A stretch of 64,000 nucleotides of DNA, taken from the NCBI GenBank assembly GCA_963803975.1, contig CAWDOY010000003.1:288001-352000 (forward strand). The letters are read 5' to 3'. Origin of the DNA: an uncultured delta proteobacterium. GTDB lineage: Bacteria > Desulfobacterota > WTBG01 > CAIYCZ01. The notes under the pieces were generated by a model, which ran no database searches, had not been told where the DNA came from, and saw only the letters and a program-made list of their open reading frames with translations. This document shows, in pieces, positions 41,522-52,990 of this stretch (positions within the stretch are counted from its first letter, which is position 1; each line of letters starts with the position of its first letter). A program made the translations under genes and the position numbers.

Positions 41522-43201
41522 TAATTTCCGTATTCCTATTTTCATCGGCAGATAGAAAACAAGGACATTTATCGCTGCCACAGCAGCAAACGAGATAATA
41601 ATTTTTATCCACTGTATTGGCTGCAGGCTCGCCCTTCGCAGCTGAGCCATAAGCACCATATATACGGGACCTGCCTCTAATACAATAACAATCCCGATAA
41701 AGACTATGGCGAGTATCATGTAAATCAGCCCGCCGAACCCGGTCGGTATCTGCGCCTTGTTCTCCACGTCAAACCGCGGGTATACCGCGCCGCAGCCAAT
41801 GCTTAAGCTGGTTATGCCGAAGGTCATAAGCGCTATGGTGACAATAGACACCAGCATCATAAAGCTGCCGACCCGCAGCAGGTAGTTGGAGCAGATGATC
41901 AGGCTTTCGGCAAGCACCAGCAGGAACACAAAATTGAGCCAGAACTTGCACCACATAAACCGCCGCAGGTCCAGCGGTGCTGCTTTTATTATCCAGAACG
42001 ACTCACCCTCAATGCTTATCGCCGGGAAGGCGAAACGCACTGCCACCGCTGCCAGCGTAAATCCGGCGAGCCCGAGGTTCAGAAACGAGATAAAATTCTG
42101 CAGATAGATGGTTGGAAACGGGCTTTTCTCCAGGGGCAGCACGCTGAAATTATATAAATATATGAAGATAATGGCTGAAAGCACTAAAAGCTGCGACCAC
42201 TGGGATGAATCGCGCATAAAGCAGTACAGGTCTTTTGTGACTACTGCCCGGGATGACGCCGTGAGCTTTGTCAGCGTACGATCCAGCATACGCTTTACCA
42301 CGGTATGCCTGGTCAACTTGGCTGAACTCGCCTCCTGAGACTTGGTCCATGCCGCAAAATAAAACTTTTCGAACAATCGCTGCAGCAGCACCATACCGGC
42401 GAGCCCGGTGCTCCACAGCAGCAGCAGATTGAATAGAGCGCCATCATGCCCGCGGAAGAGCAATGCCGCGACTGCATCCGTTGCCCACTGGCTGGGCAGG
42501 AACGCCGATGTCGGCGCTTCCATGGAAGCAAAATATTCCACTACCGTACGGAAGGACTCAGGGTCAACCAGCTTTTCAGGCTGCACATAACGGAACAGGC
42601 AATAGAGGGCTATGCCCAGGATAAGAGACAGGAGAATCATAATATCTTTGATTCTTTTTGCCGGGAATACCATCGTAAGGCCCAGCGCAATCCCTGTTCC
42701 GAGCACCGCGCCGATAATAATAAACGGGAGCATCGTTCCTATGAGCGCTAAATAGTACGGGAAATGCTGTTTATAGGCAATGCCGTAGGAGAGAAACACC
42801 GGCAGGCTGAACAGCAGAACCATCCAGGAGCTGTTGACCATGGTTTCCAGCAATTTTGTGAAATAGAGGCTTGCGCCATCAACAGGAGATGAAATGATGA
42901 GCTGCAGCTCTTCAGACATAAAAAACGCTGACAAAGCGGTGATGATGTTACTGAAGATGAGGAGGGATAAAAATGTGATGAAGACCATGGAAAGAAGCTT
43001 GGCAGCAAGGATATCACCGAGCGCCTCGATTCCTTTAAGATATACCAGGACCCGGTAGAAGACAGCAAATATTCCTGCCCAGAAGCACAGCCCCAGAGTT
43101 ATGCCCAGAGTCAGTTTGATTATAACACTGCGGTCTTGAATGCTGAGCCTGTTTTTGAACCCGATAATTTTAGGGTAGAGCAAACACACGACCTGGTTCA
43201 T
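41501..43201 (-). CDS. Putative ABC transporter permease
   Basis: Multi-TM; LPSQW, RFAFPAISIEGESFWII, GCGAVYPRF; next to an ABC ATPase. Confidence 0.8.
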   Translation of the reverse strand: MNQVVCLLYPKIIGFKNRLSIQDRSVIIKLTLGITLGLCFWAGIFAVFYRVLVYLKGIEALGDILAAKLLSMVFITFLSLLIFSNIITALSAFFMSEELQLIISSPVDGASLYFTKLLETMVNSSWMVLLFSLPVFLSYGIAYKQHFPYYLALIGTMLPFIIIGAVLGTGIALGLTMVFPAKRIKDIMILLSLILGIALYCLFRYVQPEKLVDPESFRTVVEYFASMEAPTSAFLPSQWATDAVAALLFRGHDGALFNLLLLWSTGLAGMVLLQRLFEKFYFAAWTKSQEASSAKLTRHTVVKRMLDRTLTKLTASSRAVVTKDLYCFMRDSSQWSQLLVLSAIIFIYLYNFSVLPLEKSPFPTIYLQNFISFLNLGLAGFTLAAVAVRFAFPAISIEGESFWIIKAAPLDLRRFMWCKFWLNFVFLLVLAESLIICSNYLLRVGSFMMLVSIVTIALMTFGITSLSIGCGAVYPRFDVENKAQIPTGFGGLIYMILAIVFIGIVIVLEAGPVYMVLMAQLRRASLQPIQWIKIIISFAAVAAINVLVFYLPMKIGIRKLSALEKF

Positions 43202-43202
43202 T

Positions 43203-43961
43203 TCATGGCCTCAGCGTTTCTACCAGCTCTCCCAGTTCCTCTGCGCCGGTGAGTTTGAAAAATATTTCTTCAAGCCGTTTTCCCACGGCGCCGGACATCT
43301 CCCGCAGCTCTTTCACGTTTCCCACGGCAATTAATCTGCCGTCCTGTATTATGCCGATACGGTCACACATCTCCTCAGCAATTTCAAGCGTGTGCGTTGA
43401 CATAAAGACCGTAACGCCGGCCTCGCACAGGCCCCTGAAAATTCGTTTCACCAGCTTTACGCCGGCCGGGTCAAGCCCTACCATGGGCTCGTCTACAATG
43501 AGCACCCGGGGCTTGTGGATGAGAGCTGACGCCATGACCAGGCGCTGCTTCATCCCGTGGGAAAACCCCTCTATAAGCTCGTCTCCCCAGGGAGTAAGGT
43601 TAAACAGTTCCAGAAGCTGCGCGATGCGCCCCTCAGTGTCTTCTGGCGGCACATGGTAGAGTCCGCTGATAAACCGCAAAAATTCCTGAGCCGTGAGCTT
43701 TCCGTAGAGATAGGGACGGTCCGGTATAAATCCGGTAATCTGCTTTGCTTCAACCGGGTTGCGGGCAATATCCCATGAGTCAATGACAGCAGCGCCTGAA
43801 GATGGCTGTATCAGTCCGGCCATTATTCTGATGGTTGTGGTCTTACCCGCCCCATTGGGGCCAAGAAATCCGAACAGCTCTCCCGGCGCGACTTCCAGGC
43901 ACACATCATTGACGGCAACGAGCGCGTTGAAACTCTTGGTGAGATGACTGAGCTTAATCAT
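43203..43961 (-). CDS. ABC transporter ATP-binding protein
   Basis: GPNGAGKT, FSHGMKQR, IVDEP, STH. Confidence 0.95.
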   Translation of the reverse strand: MIKLSHLTKSFNALVAVNDVCLEVAPGELFGFLGPNGAGKTTTIRIMAGLIQPSSGAAVIDSWDIARNPVEAKQITGFIPDRPYLYGKLTAQEFLRFISGLYHVPPEDTEGRIAQLLELFNLTPWGDELIEGFSHGMKQRLVMASALIHKPRVLIVDEPMVGLDPAGVKLVKRIFRGLCEAGVTVFMSTHTLEIAEEMCDRIGIIQDGRLIAVGNVKELREMSGAVGKRLEEIFFKLTGAEELGELVETLRP

Positions 43962-45421
43962 GAAGACTCCAGAACATCTATTGCCATCCTGTTGACAATT
44001 TTCAATAAAGCTACCTGCTGCTCAATGCCGCCCTGCACAAAGGTAACGTGGGTGACGTCCGCGGGGAACTGGTTCATGGTGGGATCGATGCTGATCCACT
44101 TTCCAAGGTATATTTCGTTCCAGGCATGGTAGTAAAAGCTGCCGTTGAGGTAGACAATGCCGGCACAGACGCGGGCAGGAATTCCCGCTGCCCGGCTGAG
44201 CGCTGCAAACAGTATTGCGTGCTCGTTGCAGTCTCCCCTTCTGGTGCGCAGTACTTCCACGGCACTGGGGATGCTCATGGTGGGTATTTTTTCAATGGCA
44301 GTCTGCATCCATTGACGTATCTTTACTGCTGCTGACTGAGCATCCCGGTCATTGCCAATAATGTGCCGCGCTGTCTCTATGATGCTTTTATCGTCGCTCT
44401 GAATAAATGGTGTCGCTTCCAGGTACTCCCGGAAACTGCTGTCCCTGCAAGGAATCTGGTATGAATCCGTGGGCACTATTTTTTCAAGCGTTATTGCAAC
44501 CACGTCACCAGTTCTTTTCTGCCGCCCGCCATCAAGGTCAAAGCCATCCAGAGAAACATTCCTCAAGCGCAGCCGCAGACAGGATATATTTTTACTGACA
44601 ATAGGAACTGCTGTCTTAATGCCAGTGGCAGCCACTATATCTACCTTTTGGTCCTCCCCGATTCCTGCTGTGGCCAGCTCCCGCGGCTCTTTTAAAAGAA
44701 CAAAGCCCATGGGGCTCTCTTCTTTTACTGTTTCACCCTGCTGGTTAATCCAGGCGTTAACCGTGATGCCGCTAAAAGTTTCTTTTATGCGAAAGCAAAG
44801 CTGCTTCTGACCTCTTACGGAAATCTCTTCCAGCTTCTCCACCACCATGTGAACCGTTCTGTTGCTCATGGTAAGCGGGTCAAAAATAGTCCTCTGCATG
44901 GTGGCCCCCGGAGACAGGCCGGAGCGGGCCATGGCGAATCTCATGCTTCCTGAAAGAGCCGGCACATCAGGCAAATTCAACGTCTTCTCCCGGGCAGTCC
45001 CGCCGGAGATGATTTTCAATTGGACCGTTCTTCCGCTCACCATACCGCTGGCGCTGAAGGTAATAATTCCCGAGGTGAGGGTGTAGTTGAATTTCCGGAG
45101 CAGCAGGTTATTATCAGTTTCCGCAGAGAGCGAAGAAATGATCCGCTGCGGGACATCCAGCATGACCAGATTCATAACCGCGTTTTCCGTGAAATAATAA
45201 CCGGAATTTATTTTCTCACGTTTTGAAGAGGCATAGCCTGCCTTGTTTTCCTTGAAATATATGCCTGACCACTCCTCTCCGCTATCAAGCCCCTGACTGG
45301 TCACTGCCGGTACGGGTATTGTTTTCGACGGAGCAAAGCAGCTTTTCTGTATGAGCAGCCCCATCATTATGACCCATATAATCAGTATCAAGCTTCCCGC
45401 GATTTCAGTTCTTTTCTTCAT
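43958..45421 (-). CDS. Transglutaminase-like domain protein
   Basis: GDCNEHA, HAWNE, IDPT catalytic triad; N-terminal anchor. Confidence 0.9.
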   Translation of the reverse strand: MKKRTEIAGSLILIIWVIMMGLLIQKSCFAPSKTIPVPAVTSQGLDSGEEWSGIYFKENKAGYASSKREKINSGYYFTENAVMNLVMLDVPQRIISSLSAETDNNLLLRKFNYTLTSGIITFSASGMVSGRTVQLKIISGGTAREKTLNLPDVPALSGSMRFAMARSGLSPGATMQRTIFDPLTMSNRTVHMVVEKLEEISVRGQKQLCFRIKETFSGITVNAWINQQGETVKEESPMGFVLLKEPRELATAGIGEDQKVDIVAATGIKTAVPIVSKNISCLRLRLRNVSLDGFDLDGGRQKRTGDVVAITLEKIVPTDSYQIPCRDSSFREYLEATPFIQSDDKSIIETARHIIGNDRDAQSAAVKIRQWMQTAIEKIPTMSIPSAVEVLRTRRGDCNEHAILFAALSRAAGIPARVCAGIVYLNGSFYYHAWNEIYLGKWISIDPTMNQFPADVTHVTFVQGGIEQQVALLKIVNRMAIDVLESS

Positions 45422-45500
45422 AGATAAGAAAAAAGCCCTGTTGCGTGCGCATACAAGGCTCTTCCGATATTCTTAAACATTTTATATAATGCTCTGACAG

Positions 45501-45806
45501 TTATTCAGAGCTCGTCGTCTTCTGATCCAGCTTGCTATTTACCCGCTCGCGCAGTTCTTTTCCCACTTTAAAAAACGGGCGGCGTTTGGGGGTAATGGTT
45601 ATCTCGTTGCCGGTGCGGGGGTGATTCCCCAGTCTTCCATCATAATTTCTGACCTTAAAACTGCCAAAGCCCCTGATCTCTATGCCATCATCCTTTTTGA
45701 GGGCTTCAATCATGCTGTCAAACACGGACCTGACTGCAATTTCCGCGATCTTAGGCAGAATGTTTGCCTGTTCCGAAAGTTTCTGTATTAGCTCTGATTT
45801 AACCAT
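45501..45806 (-). CDS. ihfB: Integration host factor beta-like subunit
   Basis: MVKSELI, IEIRGFGSF, PFFKVGKELRERV. Confidence 0.85.
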   Translation of the reverse strand: MVKSELIQKLSEQANILPKIAEIAVRSVFDSMIEALKKDDGIEIRGFGSFKVRNYDGRLGNHPRTGNEITITPKRRPFFKVGKELRERVNSKLDQKTTSSE

Positions 45807-45929
45807 ACGGTGCTCCACGCGATTGGTAAGTTTGGATTTTATCTTGGTGTTTTTATAGCGTATAGATAAAATGTTGTCAATTAAAATGTCTGAGCACACG
45901 GGTGCTGCAGGCTTCTGATGAACAGAACC

Positions 45930-46127
45930 TTACGGCGATGTTTCTTCATCCGGTAAGCTGTTCTCACTATCATCTTCTTCAGCAGCTATGCTGTACGCTC
46001 CGTCAAGCCACGCCCCTAAATCAAGCAGCTTGCATCGCTCTGAACAGAATGGACGGTAGGGGTTAGCTTCCGAATAAACAATTACCTTTTTACAGGCCGG
46101 GCACTTACTTTTTATAGCGGCGCACAT
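45930..46127 (-). CDS. yacG: DNA gyrase inhibitor YacG
   Basis: CPAC..RPFCSERCKLLDLGAW. Confidence 0.93.
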   Translation of the reverse strand: MCAAIKSKCPACKKVIVYSEANPYRPFCSERCKLLDLGAWLDGAYSIAAEEDDSENSLPDEETSP

Positions 46128-46148
46128 AGCATTACTAATGTTGGAATA

Positions 46149-46241
46149 TGGCGGAAGGAGAGGGATTCGAACCCTCGATACCGTTCAACACGGTATAACG
46201 GTTTTCGAGACCGCCGCCTTCAACCGCTCGGCCATCCTTCC
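46149..46241 (-). tRNA. tRNA-Ser(CGA)
   Basis: Minus strand GGAAGGATGGCCGAGCGG..CT-CGA-AA..long variable arm..GGTTCGAATCC..CCA. Confidence 0.96.
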
Positions 46242-46371
46242 ACAGCTGTTCAGGTATTAAAATTTATATATCTGAAGTGTCACGGTAAGTCAACCGGCAT
46301 CGGCCGCATAGCACGGTCATTGCACGACTCAAATCCTCAGGTTCGGTTCTATCTAGCAATAACAACGGGCC

Positions 46372-46405
46372 CTTGACCCCTTGAACCCTCGACCCCTCGA
46401 ACCCT
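46372..46405. repeat. Octamer tandem repeat
   Basis: CTTGACCC CTTGAACC CTCGACCC CTCGAACC. Confidence 0.75.
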
Positions 46406-46413
46406 TCTTTTTT

Positions 46414-47292
46414 TCACAGTGCCCGATAAAATTCCGGTGTGAGCAATCTGCTGTCATTCTTCTTCAGCACCAAATCAATTTCCTGAAGGGCGCTGTCCCT
46501 GCCCTGGGGAAGACGGACTCTTAGCGGCAGGTAATTTGATGCATGATTGGAATAAAAAATACAATTTTCAAGCTGTGACTCTTCAAGCATCATGCGCAGT
46601 TCAGAAATGAGCTCAAAAGGCTCCGGCAGCTGAAATGTGCCGTTTATCATGGACTGATACAGTGGTGTGCCTTCAACAATCATCAGGGTAAGCGCACCGA
46701 TGTGCTGGGGTTTCATCCGGTTCAGCACGCGCATGGTTTCCCGGGCGTGCTGTTCACTTCGCTCTGTTCCGCCTAAACCAAGAATAACAGTTACGGAAAG
46801 CTTGATGCCGGCGTCCCGCACTTTCTGCGCGGCCTCTACCATCTGTTCAGCAATAACCCCTTTCTTTATCCGCTCAAGGGTAACGGGGTCTCCTGATTCC
46901 AGCCCCATATAAATAATGCCCAGCTTCTGCTCTCGCAGCTCATTCAGTTCCGTGGGCGATTTCTTCAGAATGCTGCCGGCATTGGCATATATGCCGATAC
47001 GCAGCAATTTACTGAACCGCTCATTAATTCTTTCAACGATGGGCAGCAAGGTATGCTGGGGGATTATGAGCGGGTCACCGTCACAAAGAAAAACTCTGCG
47101 CGTCTCATCAGCGCTTGCCAGGGCTGCTGCGTCTATATCCCGGTACACTTCTGCAATCGGCTTAATTCTGAATTTCTTTGCTTTATATGCCGGGCAGAAC
47201 GTGCAGGCATTGTGTGAGCAGCCGACAGCAATCTGCAGAATGAGGCTGTTTGCTTCACTGGGCGGACGTATTATCAGACCTTCGTAATTCAC
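46414..47292 (-). CDS. Radical SAM protein
   Basis: IRPPSEA.S, CSHNACTFC, FLCDGD, SNHASNYL; GTG start assumed. Confidence 0.88.
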   Translation of the reverse strand: MNYEGLIIRPPSEANSLILQIAVGCSHNACTFCPAYKAKKFRIKPIAEVYRDIDAAALASADETRRVFLCDGDPLIIPQHTLLPIVERINERFSKLLRIGIYANAGSILKKSPTELNELREQKLGIIYMGLESGDPVTLERIKKGVIAEQMVEAAQKVRDAGIKLSVTVILGLGGTERSEQHARETMRVLNRMKPQHIGALTLMIVEGTPLYQSMINGTFQLPEPFELISELRMMLEESQLENCIFYSNHASNYLPLRVRLPQGRDSALQEIDLVLKKNDSRLLTPEFYRAL

Positions 47293-47321
47293 AGTGCGGC
47301 CGGAGATTTTATTATTTCTAC

Positions 47322-47460
47322 CTAACCCGGACAAGCCGGAACCAAATACTCTTTATGTATGGCCACAGAAAACACAGAATACCACTGAAGGTAAAAATCT
47401 CTTTCCGTGAAATCTGTGTAGTTCTGTGGCAGATATTTTATCTTAATCGCCTGAGAATTA
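47322..47460. repeat. Intergenic REP-like palindromic element
   Basis: TAACCCGGACAAGCCGGAACC followed by the inverted repeat GCCACAGAA..CACAGA / TCTGTG..TTCTGTGGC. Confidence 0.5.
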
Positions 47461-48779
47461 CAGACGCTCTTTAACCTTATGCACCAGATCATTTTGCGCT
47501 ATTATTTCCTGCTGACCCAAGCTGCATGTTGCGCAGAGCAACCGTGCCGTTTTTAAACTCATCAGACCCCAGGATAACAACCAGGGGAATTGATTTGTTT
47601 GACGCATAGGTGAGCTGCTTTTTAAGCTTGTCCGCTTCAAAATAGATTTCCGTGTTTATTCCTGCATCACGAAGCATTTTTGCTATGCGCACCGTCTCGC
47701 CCAGCAATGATTTATCAAACAGGGCTACCAGCACCTGCGTTTTACTCTGGCGGGTATCCTGGCCTGCCATTTCCTCAAGCACCGCGATCAACCGCTCAAG
47801 GCCGAAGGAAGTTCCTGTAGCTGGATATGGTGTCTTGCAAAACATGCCGATGAGGTTATCATAGCGGCCGCCGCCGGTAATGCTGCCGACTCTGGGCGTC
47901 TCAACGCGGGTTTCAAAAACCGGGCCGGTATAATAATCCAGGCCCCGGGCCAGCGACAGATCAAAGCAGTAGCAGTGCTCAGGGATGTCCTGTGCTTCGA
48001 GAGCTTCCCGGATAATCATGAGCTCTGACACGCCCTGCTCTCCTCCAGCCGTCCCCTGTATCAGGCTGCCTGATCTTCTCCAGAAAGGCCTTATGATTAT
48101 CACTGGTTCCCGCTTCTTCAATAATGGCAAAGGCGCGTTCAATACTGCTGGCAGAGATACCCTTTTCTTTCAGCTCGCCGGACACCGTTTCCTTTCCCAC
48201 CTTATCCAGCTTGTCAAGCGAGCGCAGAAAGGTGGTGACCTCATTGTCCCTGATGCCGGCACTCACAGCAATGGCATTCAGAAGTTTTCTGTGATTTATG
48301 TGTATGGTGAAATTGGTAATACCAAGCTTCGTCAAAACAGCATACATAATACTCATAAGCTCTGCATCGGCAAGGACGCTTGACGTGCCGATAATATCAA
48401 TATCACACTGGTAAAACTCCCTGAACCTGCCCTTCTGCGGCTTGTCAGCTCTCCATACCGGGGCTATCTGGTAGCACTTGAAAGGCTTTACCAGCTCGGG
48501 ATACATGGAGATGACGCGGCACAGGGGGATCGTAAGGTCATAGCGCAGCGCAACTGCCCTGCCGCCCCGGTCCAGAAATTTATAAATCAGCCGATCGCCT
48601 TCCTCCCCGTATTTTCCCTCAAGGGTTTCAGCATATTCCAGACAGGGTGTCTCCAGGGGAACAAAACCATAGGTCTCAAATATGGAGCGAATATGATCAA
48701 TAATCTGCTGGCGAATGATCTTTTTTTCCGGCAGGAAGTCTCTGAATCCTTTTGGAATTTGTGGCGTTATCATGGGCAT
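47458..48779 (-). CDS. hisS: Histidine--tRNA ligase (frameshifts near 48075 and 47515)
   Basis: PKGFRDFLP, LRYDLT, GRFREFYQCD, LARGLDYYTG, GGGRYDNL, SFGLERL. Confidence 0.95.
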
Positions 48780-48819
48780 ATGCTCCGGGCTCTATACATA
48801 CACAGGGTGATTATGCTTT

Positions 48820-50475
48820 TCATGCAAGCAAAGAAACATCATTCGGGTCAATAATAAGGTGGTCTTTTTTATCCCGTATAACCGTGTTGGATTCAAAATA
48901 GGAAAACCCCTCTTTAATCAGTCTCAAACAAAACGGATTATTTTCCGGCAGCAGGTCCGCTGCTGCAAGGGAAAGCGCAGCACAGAAGGCAATACGCGCT
49001 TCTTCCTCTTCTCCCTGTTTAAAATAGAGATAGGCCATTTCTTCAAGGCGTCGTTTGAAAAGCGCCTTTCGGTGATCATCAAAGAAACGGGCCGCAGTTT
49101 CATGGTGCTGCGCGTTCAACCGCTCTTCGATCTGATGCTGATTGAGAACCAGCGGGCTGTTTTTAGCATTTTTGTATTTATTCCAGCCCTCTTTTGCTTC
49201 ATCGCTTTCAATGAACCAGACAATAAGTTCAATGCGTTTCAATAAGGTATCAGTCTTTTGCAGCAGTGACAGCTGGCCCCTGATCTTTTGCGCATCTAAA
49301 CATGCATAAATGATGGGCTGCCTCTGCGTCTTCAGCTGCTCAGCAAAAACGTTTCTCCACTGAGCAAGACTCCCTGACACGACTGTTCCAGCGCTTTCGT
49401 TTATGGTGTGCGCCTCTTCCACCAGAAAACAGGCATTTTCCGGCACTGTTTCGAAAAACAGTATTTTTTCATCAGAAGTAATTTTGGCGATAAACTGTTC
49501 GGCTTCTTTTCTGAATACCGTGACCGAAGTGATCTCCTTGACACCCTGCTGGTCGCTCAGGAAATATTTCAAACACCCTGCTTTCATAGGTCGTTATAGG
49601 TTTTATCATGAATATGATGCGGTCACCGATCCCGTCTATAAAAGATATAAAGGCAGCGGGATTCAGGCAGCGTTATTTTTTTAAATACCGCCTCCTTCAC
49701 GGTCAGCTTTGGCTCGTAGTCCATCAACGTCGATACCTTTTTGCCTGAGGACGTGGATACACTTTTTAATGGTTTTTAAATAATCCTTCTCCCGGGTCTT
49801 TTCATACAGGTGTTTCAATATTTCGAGAGCTGTCGGTGTTGAAAGGCTGCCGATAAACAGTGATGCCTTTTGCGACCATACCGTATCTTTTGCTAATATC
49901 TTTAACAGCAGGGGAATTATTTCAATCCCGGCCTCATCGATAAGCTGGATGGCAATTCCCTCCTTTTCCTGATCAGTGCGCTGTATAAAGTCATCGATCG
50001 TGCGCTCAACCGCTGTATCATGCAAGGCATCCTTGGTAAGGATGTGCTGCTTCAGCCGTTGACACAGAGAGTCAAGATCCAGAAGCAAGCTGGCAAGTCC
50101 CGCCGGAACCATAGCGTCACATTTGTTGAATACGTCAAGTATCATAGTTCCAATCCGCGGCCAGAATGCTTCCCGGGCAATAAATTCCTGAAGAAATTGC
50201 AGGTGTTCTATGCCGGTCCAGTATCTGAGGAATTGCACCATTACTTCTTTTTCGTGCGGTGCAGCCTTGAGAAACCGCCGGCTGATATGTGCAAAACCCT
50301 TGTCATCAAGTGCTTTTATGGCTGCGGCTTTCTGTGCATAAAAAGAATCAAGCTGCGATCCCCGTGTTGCTGCACTGATTATTTCATCAAGGATGCCATT
50401 GACCTTCTTTTTAACATCATCCGCCGCAGGTTCTGGAGCCATACTCTGCGGCTTTTTGTCTTTTCGTGTCCCCAT
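48820..50475 (-). CDS. Conserved hypothetical helical protein (frameshifted, 2-3 pieces)
   Basis: Consecutive ORFs 49681-50475 and 48820-49587 with coding-like sequence between them; KRRLEEMAY motif. Confidence 0.6.
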
Positions 50476-50726
50476 TATCTTATCCTCTTGCTGTTTCCAT
50501 CGGAACCAATGTAAAAAGTATATGGAATAAGTCCATAGAAGTCAAAGGCAAAGTGTTTATCATGAGCTGCTGGCAGCATTAGGGCGTTGTTTATGAAGAC
50601 AATTCTCAGATACCTGTCTACTCTCAGCTTAAGAGCATGAGTTAAAATTGTCTTGACTGTCAGTGAATTTTAGAATAATTTTATATTTTGAATAGTTGGA
50701 CGAATTGGTAATGGAGGGAAAAGTAC

Positions 50727-50800
50727 TGGGGGATCGTCCAATGGCAGGACACCAGACTCTGGATCTGGCTATCTAGGTTCGAATCCTGGTCCCCCAGCCA
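50727..50800 (+). tRNA. tRNA-Gln(CTG)
   Basis: TGGGGGA..CT-CTG-GA..GGTTCGAATCC..TCCCCCAG-CCA. Confidence 0.96.
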
Positions 50801-50817
50801 TTGCATACATGTCATAA

Positions 50818-50893
50818 GGTCCCATCGTCTAGTGGCCTAGGACGTTGGCCTCTCACGCCGAAAACACGGGTTCGACTCCCGTTGGGACCACCA
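50818..50893 (+). tRNA. tRNA-Glu(CTC)
   Basis: GGTCCCA..CT-CTC-AC..GGTTCGACTCC..TGGGACCA-CCA. Confidence 0.96.
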
Positions 50894-50999
50894 GTAACAC
50901 ACATTAAAAAGGTTAGCGCTGAATCATATCAGTGCTAACCTTTTTAATATAAAATCTGCATCACATCGAAGGTGTTTCTTCAGCTTAGCCCATCGCAAA
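50884..50999 (+). repeat. Direct repeat L (tRNA 3' end + terminator + copy of the GGDEF gene end)
   Basis: Matches 53392-53509; includes the hairpin AAAAAGGTTAGC..GCTAACCTTTTT. Confidence 0.9.
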
Positions 51000-51070
51000 T
51001 CGTATTTCTAATTTATCTTGCCAAAAAAACACGAAATTACCACTAAGGGACTTAGAGGCTGCCTCCTCGG

Positions 51071-52960
51071 TTACTTGCAATACTCCTGAGGCAGGCAGAT
51101 GTCAAAAAATCCCGCCGGGCAGCAGACCTGGGACATGCAGTTATCCTCTGTATAGCACAGGGGCGGGCAGTCATCGTCGCTGACACAGGACTGCTCGAGC
51201 ACGTCGCACATATCGGCAGGCACGCACTTATTTTTTTCCGGGTGCAACAGCGGGCCGCAGCATTGATAGCCTTCAATGCAGTCAATAACCGTGGCGCATG
51301 AAGACATGAACGAACCCGGGTACGGCTTGCACGCAACACCGCTGCCTCCTGAATTTCCCGCATTCCCGGCCTGCCCGTTACAGCCGTTGAGCGCGTCTTT
51401 CTGTGCACCGTCAAGGATAAAACTGAATCCAGACGGGCAGGTTATCTCAACAGCCCCGGACGCCTTGTTCTGCATGGTGAAGGAAGCCCCCGATGCCGTG
51501 GTAATGACTGTCCCGTTGCTGCTTGAGGATATCTGGCCGCAGAACTCATTCCGGGGATCAGGCCCGTAGTATTTGACTTCCTGGCCGCTGAGCACGTCGG
51601 TCTGGGATACTGCCCTTGACCCGTTAGCGAACGAGATCTCATACGTCATATTGTCCGGCGTCAGCACAAAGTCCATCTTGTAGAAGCATTCTCCCTCAGG
51701 ATGGAAGCAGATAAAGAAATCTCCCAGCTCCTTGCCGCAGGTATTAAGAAACGGATTATCTGCCGGGTCAAAATTGCAGTCTGCTGCGCCACTTTGCTGC
51801 CCGGGGTCTTCAGTGCCGAGAACAATTGTTTTCAGCTGAAGGCAGGACGCCTGTGAACAGTCTGCGGGGTAGACATTGCTGCGGGTTGAGCCGGCGGTAA
51901 AAGTCCTGGTTGTCTTTTTACCCGATTGATCGGTCACCGTTAAAAGGACCGTCTCATCCCGCTCAGCGGTCAGGCAGAAATTGCCGTTTTCATCGCTATA
52001 GGTCCTGGCGTAGATGCCGCGGTTATAATACGGGTCATTTATATCAACCTGCTGCGCAGTAACTATCGCGCTGACCACCGGTTTGCCCTGTGCGTCCTGA
52101 ACAAGACCGTTGACACACGAGGGGTCCATGGCGCGGGCAACATTGTAGGTGGTGAGATGATCGATTGTTACATGATAGGTGTTAGTGCCGGCATCATAGG
52201 TTGCCTGGTTTTTTATTTCCACCCAGCGTGCCTCTTTTTCCTCATAGTACCAGACCGGGGAGGTGTCAGGCTTGGTGCCGGCAGAGGGCGCCGGAATCAC
52301 AAGGTCCATGGTCTTGCCCGGGGCTATCTGGAGCAGCTCGTTGTTTTTTGTCACCTGCACGTCGAGCAGCCCGTAGCTGGGGAGCGGCACGGTATTACCT
52401 TCAAGAGTATAGCCGCGCAATTCCCCCGGATAGGCCTGCGCTTCTTCCTCTATGGCCGGGTCATATGGCGTCAGGGCAATGTCAACCTCACCGCCTATTA
52501 GCGCACCGTTTTTATCAACAAAGGCCTCGGGCGGAGCTGAGGCGCCTTCGCCGCGCGGGCCGGTAACGGTGCCGCCCTGCGTGGTATCAATGGTCTGACG
52601 CCTGGTCCGGGGCATCATCTGTACCGGGAGATAGGTTGTGACTCCCTTAAGGACGTCCACGCGCCAGCTGCCGGTTACCAGGCCGGAGCCGGAAAATATA
52701 ACGATCTGGTCAAGGCCGGGCTTGAGGGGAAGTTTAAAGCTGCCATCGCTTCCACTTGTGGCAGAGCTTTTTCCGCAGGTGATCTGAACGTCTGCGAGCT
52801 GCTTGCCGGAGACATCGGCCACTGTTCCCGAAACACCGGTATCGCCCTTCGGGATGCAGCCGGTGCATAGCAGAATGCTCAGACAAAGAAGCAGCGCTGC
52901 GTGTTGTTTTGCCTTCCCTGGTCCGGCAGATCTGTTAGATACAATACTCAAGTTTATCAT
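51071..52960 (-). CDS. Cys-rich lipoprotein with carboxypeptidase-regulatory-like Ig domains
   Basis: Lipobox CTGC; SGTV.D, YGLLDV, PVWYY..RW, IDHLTTYN; Cys-dense C-terminus; visibly more GC-rich than its flanks. Confidence 0.75.
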   Translation of the reverse strand: MINLSIVSNRSAGPGKAKQHAALLLCLSILLCTGCIPKGDTGVSGTVADVSGKQLADVQITCGKSSATSGSDGSFKLPLKPGLDQIVIFSGSGLVTGSWRVDVLKGVTTYLPVQMMPRTRRQTIDTTQGGTVTGPRGEGASAPPEAFVDKNGALIGGEVDIALTPYDPAIEEEAQAYPGELRGYTLEGNTVPLPSYGLLDVQVTKNNELLQIAPGKTMDLVIPAPSAGTKPDTSPVWYYEEKEARWVEIKNQATYDAGTNTYHVTIDHLTTYNVARAMDPSCVNGLVQDAQGKPVVSAIVTAQQVDINDPYYNRGIYARTYSDENGNFCLTAERDETVLLTVTDQSGKKTTRTFTAGSTRSNVYPADCSQASCLQLKTIVLGTEDPGQQSGAADCNFDPADNPFLNTCGKELGDFFICFHPEGECFYKMDFVLTPDNMTYEISFANGSRAVSQTDVLSGQEVKYYGPDPRNEFCGQISSSSNGTVITTASGASFTMQNKASGAVEITCPSGFSFILDGAQKDALNGCNGQAGNAGNSGGSGVACKPYPGSFMSSCATVIDCIEGYQCCGPLLHPEKNKCVPADMCDVLEQSCVSDDDCPPLCYTEDNCMSQVCCPAGFFDICLPQEYCK

Positions 52961-52990
52961 GACACCACCTCAAGCGCTGTTCGGTTGGAA

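Noticed and set aside
47458..48779. hisS (and recG) as pseudogenes or programmed frameshifts
   Set aside because: Motifs are intact, no slippery-site/stimulator pattern was seen, and indels are window-wide, pointing to sequence error.
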